Position numbers and translations under genes: made by a program. DNA of 49,793 bases, taken from IMG/VR virus record IMGVR_UViG_3300028293_000008, positions 1 through 49,793 of that record. The stretch is one strand, 5' to 3'. Shown one piece after another: positions 38,679-47,625 of the stretch. The notes beneath the pieces were generated by a model, which saw only the letters and a list, made by a program, of their open reading frames with translations, did no database searches and was not told the origin of the DNA. Origin of the DNA: a virus. Lineage: Duplodnaviria; Caudoviricetes. Position 1 is the first letter of the stretch. Every line of letters begins with the position of its first letter.

Positions 38679-39194
38679 ATGCCGCTCTCATCCGTGCGCT
38701 CGCTGCGGCAGCGCCTGACGACGACGCGCCCGCTCGTCTCGCCGACGACGCCCGACGGCTCGTCGAACCCGTCCGGCCTGAACCTCACCGATCCGCTCGG
38801 CGTCGACGTCCAGCAGCGCGGCATGGCGAACGCGCGCGCCGCACGGCAGGCGCTCGTGCAGCGCAGTTTCGACGAGGCCGATCCGCGCCTGGCGACCTCG
38901 GCGATCACCGGCCCGCTGCCTAATCCGCAGTGGGAAGGGTTTCTGCAGTCCCTGCACGACGCCGGCGCAACCAACATCCGCGGCGGCCCGAGCCCGGCGG
39001 GCTCGACGCAGCTCACCGGGACGCCCGTGCAGCCGACGTGGATGCCGACCGCACATCTGGCGCCGGGCGCTCTGCCGACCGGCACCGCGGGCGATGCGCT
39101 CGCCGGCGTCGCCTCGTCGCTCGCGACCGAACCGGGATCGATCGAAGCGCTGCGCCGGCAGACGCGCGCGCGCGGCAAGACGCCAGGAGGGTAG
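38679..39194 (+). CDS. hypothetical virion protein
   Basis: 171 aa in the operon. Confidence 0.5.
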   Translation: MPLSSVRSLRQRLTTTRPLVSPTTPDGSSNPSGLNLTDPLGVDVQQRGMANARAARQALVQRSFDEADPRLATSAITGPLPNPQWEGFLQSLHDAGATNIRGGPSPAGSTQLTGTPVQPTWMPTAHLAPGALPTGTAGDALAGVASSLATEPGSIEALRRQTRARGKTPGG

Positions 39195-39196
39195 CG

Positions 39197-40471
39197 ATGC
39201 CGACTCCGAGAGAAGCGGCGGCGATTCTGCGGCAGCGGTTCCGCGGGTTCTCGCCCGGCCTGGCGACCGACACCGAGCGGATCGTGTCGCCGCAGACGTC
39301 GACGCTCGCTGACATGGTCGCGCCCGACGACGCGACGATCATCGGCGACCCGACGGGCGCGCTCGAGCTGAGCGCCCTGCGCAACACGCAGAGCGACGAG
39401 CTGTCCAGACGCCTCGCGAACAATGAGTCGGCGAGTTTCATTCCGACCGAAGGCTACGCGCAGGGCGATCCGGGGCGCCGCGTCGTCAGCAACGTCGTGC
39501 CCGCGGCGAACGCGGTGAGCGACAAGCGCGCCCTGCAGCAGCTCGAGCGCGAGTCGGCCGCCGATCCGTTCACCGGCCTGGCCGAGCAGCAGCGCATCGC
39601 CGGTATCCGAGGCGAGTTGGACAAGGCCGCGCTGACACAGATGCCGGAAACCGCGAACGCCGCGAAGACGATCGCGACGCAAAACGCCTTCGGCAAATAC
39701 ATGACGGCCAAGGGCATGAAGATGGGCGAGCTGGAAGCGCTCGGCTCGCCCGCCGCGCTCGAGGCTGCGAAGGTGCCGCTCTATGCCCAAGGCAGCGACG
39801 TCGGCGAGCGGCTCGCGAAGGAAAAGCTCGAGCGCGATCAGCAACTGCGGATGTCGCCTTCGCTCGTGCCCGGCCAGATGCCGATTACCGGCGGCACGGC
39901 GACGACGGCCGATGATGCCGGCAATGTCAGCGGCGGCACGATCCCCGGCTTCACGATGCCGCCGAATTTCAAACCGCTCACCGCCGACGAAAGCCGATCG
40001 AATCAGGCGATGGGCCAGGTGGCGCCGCTCGTCGGGCAGCTCGAGACGATGCTCGATCCGACGCGCAGCGAGATCCCGAACAAGCTCGGGAACACGGCGA
40101 AATGGGCGGCCTACAAGATGGGTCTGACCGACACGCCGTTCCTGTCGTCGTCGGACCCGGACGAGAATGCGCGCAATCAGGCGCGGCTGCAATTGGCGTC
40201 GATGATCACCGTGATCGGTTCGGCGCCGTTCATCCAAGGTTCGCGCAACTACCAGCGGATCAAAGACATCGAAAAGCATCTGACCGATCCGACGGCCAGT
40301 GACGCGTTCCTCTACAACCAGATTCAGGAACTCAAAAAGATCTGGCCGGTCCTGCAGCGCGAGCTGATTCAACGCCACATCAACCCCGGCGCCCCGCTCA
40401 ACTTCGACGCGCTCACCGGCGGCGCGGCGCCCGGCGGCGACCTGACCGATCCCAACCGCGGCATGCGATAG
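39197..40471 (+). CDS. putative ejection protein
   Basis: 424 aa, helical; AGGAGG SD. Confidence 0.55.
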   Translation: MPTPREAAAILRQRFRGFSPGLATDTERIVSPQTSTLADMVAPDDATIIGDPTGALELSALRNTQSDELSRRLANNESASFIPTEGYAQGDPGRRVVSNVVPAANAVSDKRALQQLERESAADPFTGLAEQQRIAGIRGELDKAALTQMPETANAAKTIATQNAFGKYMTAKGMKMGELEALGSPAALEAAKVPLYAQGSDVGERLAKEKLERDQQLRMSPSLVPGQMPITGGTATTADDAGNVSGGTIPGFTMPPNFKPLTADESRSNQAMGQVAPLVGQLETMLDPTRSEIPNKLGNTAKWAAYKMGLTDTPFLSSSDPDENARNQARLQLASMITVIGSAPFIQGSRNYQRIKDIEKHLTDPTASDAFLYNQIQELKKIWPVLQRELIQRHINPGAPLNFDALTGGAAPGGDLTDPNRGMR

Positions 40472-40483
40472 ACGGGGGATCCG

Positions 40484-41836
40484 ATGCCTGACGTCGGCAC
40501 CATCAACAAATTCGGCGAGACGTGGGACGGCAGTCGCTGGCAGATGGCCGGCCGCACGCCGGCCGCGGGCCGCGGGAACTCGCCGCCGACCGAGTCGAAC
40601 AGCGAAGGCCTCAAGCAGATGCTGACGACGGCCGGGCTCGTCGCCGGCGGCGCGCTCGCGCCCGAGATCGAGGGGCCGGCCCTGCTCGCGCGCTACTTCC
40701 CAACCTTGCTCCGTGTCGGCGGCGCAATGGTCGGCGGCGCCGCCGGCCGCATGCTCGGCCATGCGCCAGAGGCGGCCGTCAGTGCGACCACTGGCCGGCC
40801 GAACAGCAGCACGTTTGCCGGCGACGCGATGACCGGCGCGATCGAAGGCGGCACGGCTGAGCTGTTGCCGGCCGTCACCGGGCCGGTGCTCCGCGGCAGC
40901 GGCCGGGCCTTGCGGGCGGCCGGCCGGATATTCGGCGACGTGCCCGGCTCGCCCGCCTGGCAGCGCTCGGCCGCCGCGGCAGCCCGCGGCATTACCGCGC
41001 GCGAGTTGGGCCTGCCTGGCGTGCTGCAGGGGGCGGCAGCGGGCGGTCCCGTGGCCGCCAGTGAACTCGGGCGCGGCGCCGAGGCGCTCGGCGACCGTGT
41101 CGGGAGCGGAACCCTCTCGGAGCGCGTCGAGGGGGCTATCGGCGCGCTCAGGCGGCGTCTGAGCCCCGTGGTCGAGCCGACCCGACGGGAAACCCTCGAC
41201 GCCGGCGCGGAGCGCTACGCGGGCCGGCGCATCGCCCTGGCGCAGCAGCAGGCCGCCGCGGCGCGCGGCAGTGGGCTGGCGGCCGACCTCGGCGAGCGCG
41301 TGCCGGTCCGCAGCATGACGCCGGTGCCGCAGGCCGCACCGGGCGAGGGGCTCGCCTTTCCGCCCGAGAGTCTCGAGCTGGATCGCCTGCTCAAACGGCC
41401 GACCGGCGGCGGCCCCGCGATCGATGCCCTGCGCGACCGCACGACGCCAGGCGTGCCGTCGCCGGACGCGGATCGGTTCTGGAACACCGTCAATCGCCGC
41501 GTCGATCAGGTGCTGCCGGCCGAGGTGCGACCGGTGCAGCCGGGCGTCGGCGCGGCGCGCGTGCCGGGCGGCTACGGCACGCGTCCCGTCGAGTCGGAGA
41601 TCGGCGATCTCGCGAGCGAGGCCGCGCCGACGTCGGCCGCGAGCGTCTCGAAGCTGAAGACGAAGACGGGCGCCGGGCCGAAACCCGCGGCGGCGACGGC
41701 CGGCGGCAGCGATGCGCATCTCGAGGCGGCCTATAAGCTGATGCAGGATGCGAAGTTTGCGGGGTTGCCGATCGATCCAGAACTCGCGAGCGCCGTCGAA
41801 TTCCGCAACCGCACCGGGCGATGGCCGACCGAGTAA
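40484..41836 (+). CDS. putative ejection protein
   Basis: Gly/Ala-rich GGA.VGG.AG segments; last large gene of the late operon. Confidence 0.5.
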   Translation: MPDVGTINKFGETWDGSRWQMAGRTPAAGRGNSPPTESNSEGLKQMLTTAGLVAGGALAPEIEGPALLARYFPTLLRVGGAMVGGAAGRMLGHAPEAAVSATTGRPNSSTFAGDAMTGAIEGGTAELLPAVTGPVLRGSGRALRAAGRIFGDVPGSPAWQRSAAAAARGITARELGLPGVLQGAAAGGPVAASELGRGAEALGDRVGSGTLSERVEGAIGALRRRLSPVVEPTRRETLDAGAERYAGRRIALAQQQAAAARGSGLAADLGERVPVRSMTPVPQAAPGEGLAFPPESLELDRLLKRPTGGGPAIDALRDRTTPGVPSPDADRFWNTVNRRVDQVLPAEVRPVQPGVGAARVPGGYGTRPVESEIGDLASEAAPTSAASVSKLKTKTGAGPKPAAATAGGSDAHLEAAYKLMQDAKFAGLPIDPELASAVEFRNRTGRWPTE

Positions 41837-42006
41837 CCAATTGCAAAGTCGTGTGGTGCGTCGCGCGCGCGGGGCGGTCCGGCCTCTGTCCCGCGCACGC
41901 GCAGCGCGGACGCGACTACCGGCCCGATCCCCTGCCGCGCCCGGTGACGCCGGCGGCGCCGCCGTCCCTGCCGTTTCGTCGGCGCCGGCGGCGCACCGCG
42001 GCGTGA

Positions 42007-42372
42007 TCACGCGCGGTCCGGTTGCCAGAACCGATCGCTGACCTTTGGCTCGCCGCGCAACCCGAGGATGTATTCGACGTCGACGACGGCACCCGTCTCG
42101 AGCGTGTCGAAGTGCTCGGCGATGTGCTGATGCGCGATCGGGATCGTGCGCGCCGGCGTGCGCCAGCCATACGGATCACTGGTGAACCGGCCCGGCGGCG
42201 TCGCGTCCCCGGCCAGATCCAACAGCAGCACATACTGCGCCTGCTGCGGGCCGTAGTAGCCGGCGCGCTCGAGCAGCCACTGCTCGGCGGCCGTCTGCTC
42301 GCCTTCCAGCTTGATCGCCATCATCGGGATCGTCGTGCCGCGATCGCGAATTTCGAACAGCTTGATCGTCAT
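42007..42372 (-). CDS. conserved hypothetical phage protein
   Basis: KLFEIRDRGTTIP..WLLERAGY..DPYGW..GAVVDVEYILG. Confidence 0.75.
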   Translation of the reverse strand: MTIKLFEIRDRGTTIPMMAIKLEGEQTAAEQWLLERAGYYGPQQAQYVLLLDLAGDATPPGRFTSDPYGWRTPARTIPIAHQHIAEHFDTLETGAVVDVEYILGLRGEPKVSDRFWQPDRA

Positions 42373-42578
42373 GGTTCGTCGCTCCGTGAGATCTGCGCGG
42401 GTGCGATGTCGATGTAAATCAGACTAGGGTCTTCGCGCGCAATCGCGGCGGCTTCTTCGGGCGTCAGGCCGTCGCGGCCGTCTTCGATTGGGTCGGCATA
42501 CTTGGAGAGCAGCAGATCGTGGCGCTCGGCGTATTCGATGGCGTCGGTTCCGGTCAGTCGGGCCTGTTCGCGGTTCAT
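42369..42578 (-). CDS. hypothetical protein
   Basis: LTGTDAIEYAE..LSKYADPIE..EDPSLIY; ATGA-coupled. Confidence 0.65.
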   Translation of the reverse strand: MNREQARLTGTDAIEYAERHDLLLSKYADPIEDGRDGLTPEEAAAIAREDPSLIYIDIAPAQISRSDEP

Positions 42579-42874
42579 CGCGCCGCCTTTCGCCCGCGGC
42601 GCCGCGCGCGGAACGCGGGCCGGCGCTTGGCGGGCACAACCGGCACGACGTGCACCACGGGCGCGGGCTCGGGCTCGTCCGGCGGCGCCTGCTCGTCGGG
42701 CGTCGCGCTCGGCGGGCCGTCGACGACCGGCAGCGCCTCGAGGCCGCGGTCGGCGTAGAGGCGCAGCGCGCGGACAATGATGTCCTTCACCGTCAGACGG
42801 TCGCCGACCGCCCGCGTTTTCACGGCATGCCACAGGGTGTCGTCGATATTGCGCAGCGGATATTGACCCATCAT
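42575..42874 (-). CDS. ribbon-helix-helix-like protein
   Basis: YPLRNIDDTLWHAVKTRA..RLTVKDIIVRAL. Confidence 0.65.
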   Translation of the reverse strand: MMGQYPLRNIDDTLWHAVKTRAVGDRLTVKDIIVRALRLYADRGLEALPVVDGPPSATPDEQAPPDEPEPAPVVHVVPVVPAKRRPAFRARRRGRKAAR

Positions 42875-42878
42875 CGCG

Positions 42879-43193
42879 TCAGTCCTCGTCGGGAAACAGC
42901 GCGCGATCCTCGCGCGCCCATTGATCGGCTTCCTGCGCGCGCCAGTCCCGATAGGCGCGCTCGAGCCCGGTGTCGGTCAGCTCGCGCGGATCGCGGCGGC
43001 CGGTGCGGATCGGTTCCTTCTCATACTGCGGCCAGGTGTCGGTCGTCGACAGCCAGCGGACGAACGCCTCGGCGCGCTCGTCGGCGTCGTGCCCGTCTTC
43101 CTCGGTGAAGACGGGGCCGAACGCCCAGTCGGCCGTGCTGCAGTAGAGCGCCGCCGTGCTGTGTTCGCGGTCGTGCAGAATCTGTGTGCTCAT
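42879..43193 (-). CDS. hypothetical protein
   Basis: AALYCSTADWAFGPVF; GGAG SD. Confidence 0.7.
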   Translation of the reverse strand: MSTQILHDREHSTAALYCSTADWAFGPVFTEEDGHDADERAEAFVRWLSTTDTWPQYEKEPIRTGRRDPRELTDTGLERAYRDWRAQEADQWAREDRALFPDED

Positions 43194-43765
43194 CGTCGCG
43201 CTCCGTGGACGTCTAAGGCCGAGGTTTCGAGCCGATCGACGATCGCCTGCGCGCGCGTCTGCAGATCGGTCAGCCAGGGCGTGCAGGCGTCCGCGCCCCG
43301 CGGCGTCATCTGCCGCAAGGCATGACTGAGATCGCGCAGCACGACGGCCGCCTCGAGCAGCGGCAAGACAATCGCCGACGCGCCGCGACCGTCCGCGAAG
43401 TTGTGGAAGTCGGCGCGGAGCGGGCTCGCGGGATCGTCGGGATCTTCCGGTCGGATGACGATGGTCCGGCGCAGCGCCTCGAGCAGATCGCGCACGCGCG
43501 CCCGCTGTCGGAGGCTCGCGACATCGATCGCCGCGATGGCTTCAGCCGACCGGCCGGCCGGCCGCAGCGCGTAGGCCGTCCGCGCGCACGCGAACCCCTC
43601 GATCCAGTAGAGATGGCGGCCGGCGTCGTCGGTCGTCACGCGCGCGATCGGGCCGGTGCCGAGAATGTCCTCGATCGGTAAGCGGCCCGTGCGCAGCACG
43701 TGCACGACGTCGCCGACGTGATAGCGGGCGCCAGCGAATGAGTCGCGGCCGTCGGCGCTCATCAC
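43190..43765 (-). CDS. hypothetical protein
   Basis: coupled 191-aa ORF. Confidence 0.5.
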   Translation of the reverse strand: MMSADGRDSFAGARYHVGDVVHVLRTGRLPIEDILGTGPIARVTTDDAGRHLYWIEGFACARTAYALRPAGRSAEAIAAIDVASLRQRARVRDLLEALRRTIVIRPEDPDDPASPLRADFHNFADGRGASAIVLPLLEAAVVLRDLSHALRQMTPRGADACTPWLTDLQTRAQAIVDRLETSALDVHGARR

Positions 43766-44118
43766 TTGGCCTTCCGGAGAAACGGCACGTGGCCGGAGGC
43801 TTTGCGCGTCGCCGCGGCCTGGCGCGCGCCGCGCTTGCGGATCGTGTCGCCGATCGCGTCGTGCTGCCGGACGATGGCGGCGACGACTTCGGGCGGCAGC
43901 AGGTAGCGCTGACCGCCGGCGGCGCGATCGTGGACGAGGAACACGGTTTCGTCGGCATGGTCGCCGCGCAGCGTGCGCACGATCCAGCTCTCGGTGTTGC
44001 CGTAGAAGTCCTGGCGCTCGATCACACTCTGTTTTTCGACGACGCTCGGATACGCGCGCAGCTTCCGGAGCATCGTCGAATATTCATCCTGCGGAATCGG
44101 CGTCTTGTCCTCAGTCAT
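43762..44118 (-). CDS. hypothetical protein
   Basis: MTEDKTP... with GGAG SD. Confidence 0.6.
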   Translation of the reverse strand: MTEDKTPIPQDEYSTMLRKLRAYPSVVEKQSVIERQDFYGNTESWIVRTLRGDHADETVFLVHDRAAGGQRYLLPPEVVAAIVRQHDAIGDTIRKRGARQAAATRKASGHVPFLRKAK

Positions 44119-44591
44119 GATCCGTCTCCATTCGTTCCGCGGTTCCGTCGGCGCGCGCGTGGCGTCGCGGGCGATCTCGGATCGGCGTCCGGCGCCGGCG
44201 GGCCGACCGGGGTTAGGTGTCGCAACAGCTTGCGAATGCGGGCGGCGCGCTCTGACGCGCCGTGCCCGTCCCATCGGCACGGCGTGCGCTCCAAATGGTC
44301 AAACAGAAACGTCCGCTCGGGCGGCAATCCCCAGGCGATCTGCCCGGCCGGCGTGTGAATGCAGACGACTTCGGAAAAAATCAGATAGCGCCGATCGGCC
44401 GGCTTGATGTGCGCCGGCCAGACCATCGACAGCAGCGCGACGACCAGATCGCGCTCGGCTTGATAGCGGCGTTCGCGGGCCGCTTCGGTCCGCTCGCGCG
44501 GAGTCGTCAGCTTCAGCGCGAGCGCGAGCCGCTGCTCGGCCGTCATCAGGCCTGGCGCCGGCGCCGTCGGGGCCGCGCGTTTACTGGCCAT
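44115..44591 (-). CDS. hypothetical protein
   Basis: YQAERD.VVALL..TPAGQIAW..WDGH motif. Confidence 0.65.
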   Translation of the reverse strand: MASKRAAPTAPAPGLMTAEQRLALALKLTTPRERTEAARERRYQAERDLVVALLSMVWPAHIKPADRRYLIFSEVVCIHTPAGQIAWGLPPERTFLFDHLERTPCRWDGHGASERAARIRKLLRHLTPVGPPAPDADPRSPATPRARRRNRGTNGDGS

Positions 44592-44712
44592 TGACGCACG
44601 CATCGATCAGGCGCAGCAGCAGCGCCTTGGGTGTGATGCCTTGCGCCGCGGCTTTCGCCACGAACCGCTGCCACAGGGCGTCGTCGATCCGTCTCAGTAG
44701 GAACGTTGCCAT
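44581..44712 (-). CDS. 43-aa ribbon-helix-helix protein (not in the ORF track)
   Basis: translated by hand: MATFLLRRIDDALWQRFVAKAAAQGITPKALLLRLIDACVNGQ; similar to 42575..42874. Confidence 0.65.
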   Translation of the reverse strand: MATFLLRRIDDALWQRFVAKAAAQGITPKALLLRLIDACVNGQ

Positions 44713-45095
44713 TAGGAATCACCAGCCTTTCGCGAAAGCGTGCCGGTGCCGCAGCAGCACCAGCAACTAACGGTTGTCTCTGCGGTCTTGCCCCAATCGC
44801 CGCCGAGGCGCGTCAGCACACCTGATCCGCCGCACTCGCCGCACGGCCGCGCCTGTGTCGACGCCGAGATCGCCGCCAGTCCCCGATCGCGCGCGCCGAA
44901 CACATCCGGATATGCGCGTCCGCGCTCATCGGTCAGCGCGAAATTGTGCGGCGGGTTCCAGGTGCTGAAGCCGTCGATCTTGATGTAGCCGTCATGCGGC
45001 CGGATCGCCGTCAGGCGATACCAGCCGCTGACCGCATGCACGGTGCAGAACACGTGCGAGCCGATCGCCAGGGCGCGCGTCTCAGCGGCGGTCAC
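44712..45095 (-). CDS. hypothetical protein with a C-terminal DnaJ-type Zn motif
   Basis: CGECGGSG...CWCCCGTG. Confidence 0.55.
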   Translation of the reverse strand: MTAAETRALAIGSHVFCTVHAVSGWYRLTAIRPHDGYIKIDGFSTWNPPHNFALTDERGRAYPDVFGARDRGLAAISASTQARPCGECGGSGVLTRLGGDWGKTAETTVSCWCCCGTGTLSRKAGDS

Positions 45096-45940
45096 TGCGA
45101 CACCGCCGTTGACTCGGCCGTCGTGACCGCCTCGAGAATGTCAGCCGTCGGATCCTCGAAAAAGGACACGACGCCGCGATACCACGATCCGCCGAGCCGC
45201 TCGAGCGCCGGCCGCCAGTGCGCCAGGTTGCCTGACACATTCCAGACCGGCCGCGGTTGCTTCCAGGCTTTCGCCGGCGTGGTCATCGTCGCCGTAATCG
45301 TCAGGCCGGCGCGCGCGAGCGGGCTCGCCGCCGCGGCATCGACGACCGCGGCGCCTGACGGTGTCGTCGCGGCGAGCAGTTCGGCCAGGCGTTTGCGCTC
45401 GCGCCTGATCGTGCCGCCGATGTTTTGCAGTTGATAGTCAGCGAACCCGACGCGCCCGCAAAAATCCGGCTCGAGCAGCTTCGCGGCGAGCGCCGGCGGC
45501 CACTGCAGCAGGGCGGCGAGCCGTGCGGCCTTCGTCGCCGCATCGATCCCGCGCTTGCGCACGATCAGATTGGCGAGCTTCATGTTGATGCGCTCAGCCT
45601 CGAGCGCGGCGATCTTCGCCTGCAGGCGGTCGATCGCGTCGACGTCGTCACGGTAGATCGCGCGCTCGGCCGCGCGTTCGATCGTGTCGGCGCGACTGGC
45701 CATCGCCGCGCCTTTCTGCTGATCCTCGAGCCCGCGGCGCATCGCCGCATCGGAGCGCTCGAGCACGCGCCGATGGCGCCGTTCGGAGTGATGGCCAACC
45801 AAAATTGGTTGGCCGAGAGGGATGTCTTTGATCAGGTTGTGCGCGCGCGCGAAATTGCCGGTGCTCCGCGCGGCGCGCTTTTCCGCCCATTCCCGCAACC
45901 GGCTGGCGCGCTCGAGGCGGCGCTCGCGATAGGTGCTCAT
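45092..45940 (-). CDS. DUF3560 domain protein
   Basis: MSTYRERRLERA...IPLGQPILVGHHSERRHRR signature. Confidence 0.85.
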   Translation of the reverse strand: MSTYRERRLERASRLREWAEKRAARSTGNFARAHNLIKDIPLGQPILVGHHSERRHRRVLERSDAAMRRGLEDQQKGAAMASRADTIERAAERAIYRDDVDAIDRLQAKIAALEAERINMKLANLIVRKRGIDAATKAARLAALLQWPPALAAKLLEPDFCGRVGFADYQLQNIGGTIRRERKRLAELLAATTPSGAAVVDAAAASPLARAGLTITATMTTPAKAWKQPRPVWNVSGNLAHWRPALERLGGSWYRGVVSFFEDPTADILEAVTTAESTAVSQ

Positions 45941-46245
45941 CGGACACCGCCGGCGGCCGGCTCGAGGCGGTCTTGCCCGTGGCGCGTATCGCAGACGAAC
46001 ACATAGCCGGTATCGGTCGCGCCGACGACCCATTCGCCATAGCCGTTCGGCTGATCCCATCCGAGGCGCGCGATTAATTGCTTCGCCGCCGCACGATGGT
46101 TCGCTTCGATCCCGAGCTGATCCTGGCATTCGACGATCAGGCGGCGTGTGGGTTCGCAAGGGCGCGCGGTTTCCATCACACGCGCACTGATCCGCGAACC
46201 TTTCAGATTGGTAGGGCCGATGAAACGGGTTTCGATCGCTAACAT
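45937..46245 (-). CDS. conserved early phage protein
   Basis: AIETRFIGPTNLKGSRISA..NHRAAAKQL..GYVFV; GGAGTGAATGCCAAATG leader. Confidence 0.75.
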   Translation of the reverse strand: MLAIETRFIGPTNLKGSRISARVMETARPCEPTRRLIVECQDQLGIEANHRAAAKQLIARLGWDQPNGYGEWVVGATDTGYVFVCDTRHGQDRLEPAAGGVR

Positions 46246-46296
46246 TTGGCATTCACTCCAGAACGGAGCAGCGTCATTGCTGCAGTTGAGACACTC

Positions 46297-46325
46297 ACTA
46301 TACTACTGACGGCCGATGATGTCAA
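46297..46325 (-). promoter_or_regulatory. sigma70 early promoter P3
   Basis: TTGACA-17 nt-TATAGT. Confidence 0.85.
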
Positions 46326-46484
46326 GACCCGCGCGCGATCCGATCGTTTACCAGCCGTCGCGCTGTGCGTCGTGCCAGTCCGCGTCAGCAATGGCCGCGC
46401 GCAAGGCCGAACGGCCGCCGGCGCACGATCGCGCGTTCGCGGCCGTCAGCCATTCGATCGCCCAGGCGGGCAGCTCGGCGCCGC

Positions 46485-46682
46485 TCACAAGGACCACGCG
46501 ATCGGTGCCGATGTTCTCCCGGCGATCGTTCGGCAGGTTTTCTCGAGCGCGGCCGTGCGCATCGGGCCGCGATGCAATCCCAAGGCAACCGGGCTCAGCG
46601 GCGCCGCAAACGCCGCCTCATATTTGTGCGCGGCCGTGACGATGTAATCGATCGTGTCGGTGGAAACAACGTATGCGCTCAT
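46485..46682 (-). CDS. short or possibly truncated early protein
   Basis: MSAYVVSTDTIDYIV N-terminus immediately downstream of P2; no SD. Confidence 0.4.
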   Translation of the reverse strand: MSAYVVSTDTIDYIVTAAHKYEAAFAAPLSPVALGLHRGPMRTAALEKTCRTIAGRTSAPIAWSL

Positions 46683-46707
46683 GGTCATTGCTGCAGTTGA
46701 GATACTC

Positions 46708-46736
46708 AATATACTACTGACGGCCTTTGATGTCAA
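46708..46736 (-). promoter_or_regulatory. sigma70 early promoter P2
   Basis: TTGACA-17 nt-TATATT; a 54-bp near-duplicate of P3. Confidence 0.85.
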
Positions 46737-47014
46737 GTGCCTACGCGCGCGATCCGATCCGATCCGGAATGTTTCATGCGAGCACGAGCAGCCTGATGTA
46801 ACGTGCCGGAAGATGGTCACAACGGTTCGGGAAGCGCCAGCAGTCGGCGCAGACACGCGTCCAATCGGCGCGGGACGTATCCTCTTCAAGCCAAGCCCAC
46901 GGCCAATAATTACGTAGCATCCAGATCCCCTCCGGAATGATCGGAAGTTGCCCGGTGAATCGCCGAACGAATGCGCGCGCAGTCGCTCGGCGCCAGCGAT
47001 CCTGTAAATTTCGC

Positions 47015-47069
47015 AGTGCGACGGTCGGCTCGAGCCGACCGTTTCGGCCTTCCGGCCTCGTCAGGCAAC
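47015..47069 (-). ncRNA. type I hammerhead ribozyme HH-A (stem I reduced to 3 bp)
   Basis: GUUGC CUGACGA GGCC-GGAA-GGCC GAA ACGGUCGGC-UCGA-GCCGACCGU C^GCACU. Confidence 0.75.
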
Positions 47070-47534
47070 CATTGCAAACCGCGATCGGGCGCGCGCGGAT
47101 TCACTGGCCGCAATGCTCTGCAGGATCCGCAACCGTAGGGCGCGACGCCTGACGACAGGGCTATACGGCGCCGTCGCACGGCGCCATCGATCCTGCAATG
47201 TGCGCAGCCGGCGGTAGAACTCCGGACGCGCGATCGTGAGCTGGCGTGCATCGTCGAAACACTCGGCCAGTAGCACGGCCGCGGCCGTGCGCGTGTCGGC
47301 ATGCGTGCAATCGGCGAAAAACGCCAGATCCGCATACGGCGCCGTCTTTTTGTAGTGCGCGAACAATTCGACATCGGACAGCGTCGACGTATCGACGTCG
47401 ATCGGCGCGGTCGGCTTCCGCGGCCGTTTCGGCGCCTTCAGGTGCGGCGCCAGCAGAGCGTAGGCGCGCGCGACATCGGACAGATCAACGCCAGGTAACG
47501 CGGACGCGAGCAGATCGATGATCGGATTAGACAT
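47061..47534 (-). CDS. early hypothetical protein (157 aa) ending in the HH-A core
   Basis: ATG at 47534 after the CAGGAGTGAATGCACA leader; ends VA-TGA. Confidence 0.75.
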   Translation of the reverse strand: MSNPIIDLLASALPGVDLSDVARAYALLAPHLKAPKRPRKPTAPIDVDTSTLSDVELFAHYKKTAPYADLAFFADCTHADTRTAAAVLLAECFDDARQLTIARPEFYRRLRTLQDRWRRATAPYSPVVRRRALRLRILQSIAASESARARSRFAMVA

Positions 47535-47570
47535 TGTGCATTCACTCCTGATTGAGCAGCGTTGACGAAT

Positions 47571-47625
47571 GTTGCGACGGTCGGCTCGAGCCGACCGTTT
47601 CGGCCTTCCGGCCTCGTCAGGCAAC
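47571..47625 (-). ncRNA. type I hammerhead ribozyme HH-B
   Basis: complete core CUGACGA/GAAA/GUC; stems I 5 bp, II 4 bp, III 9 bp; predicted cut 47576^47575. Confidence 0.92.

Noticed and set aside
37055-42010. 1651-aa minus-strand ORF, and other long antisense ORFs such as 19614..21035 and 5714..7018
   Set aside because: Arg/Ala-rich shadow frames opposite well-formed genes, as expected from high-GC codon bias.
47577-47613. Rho-independent terminators
   Set aside because: The hairpins have no U-tract on the coding strand, and the conserved single-stranded CUGACGA/GAAA/GUC is better explained by a ribozyme.
47571-47625. Integron attC sites
   Set aside because: On the coding strand GTT comes first and AAC last, the reverse of the attC RYYYAAC...GTTRRRY order; the copies are identical and there is no integron integrase.
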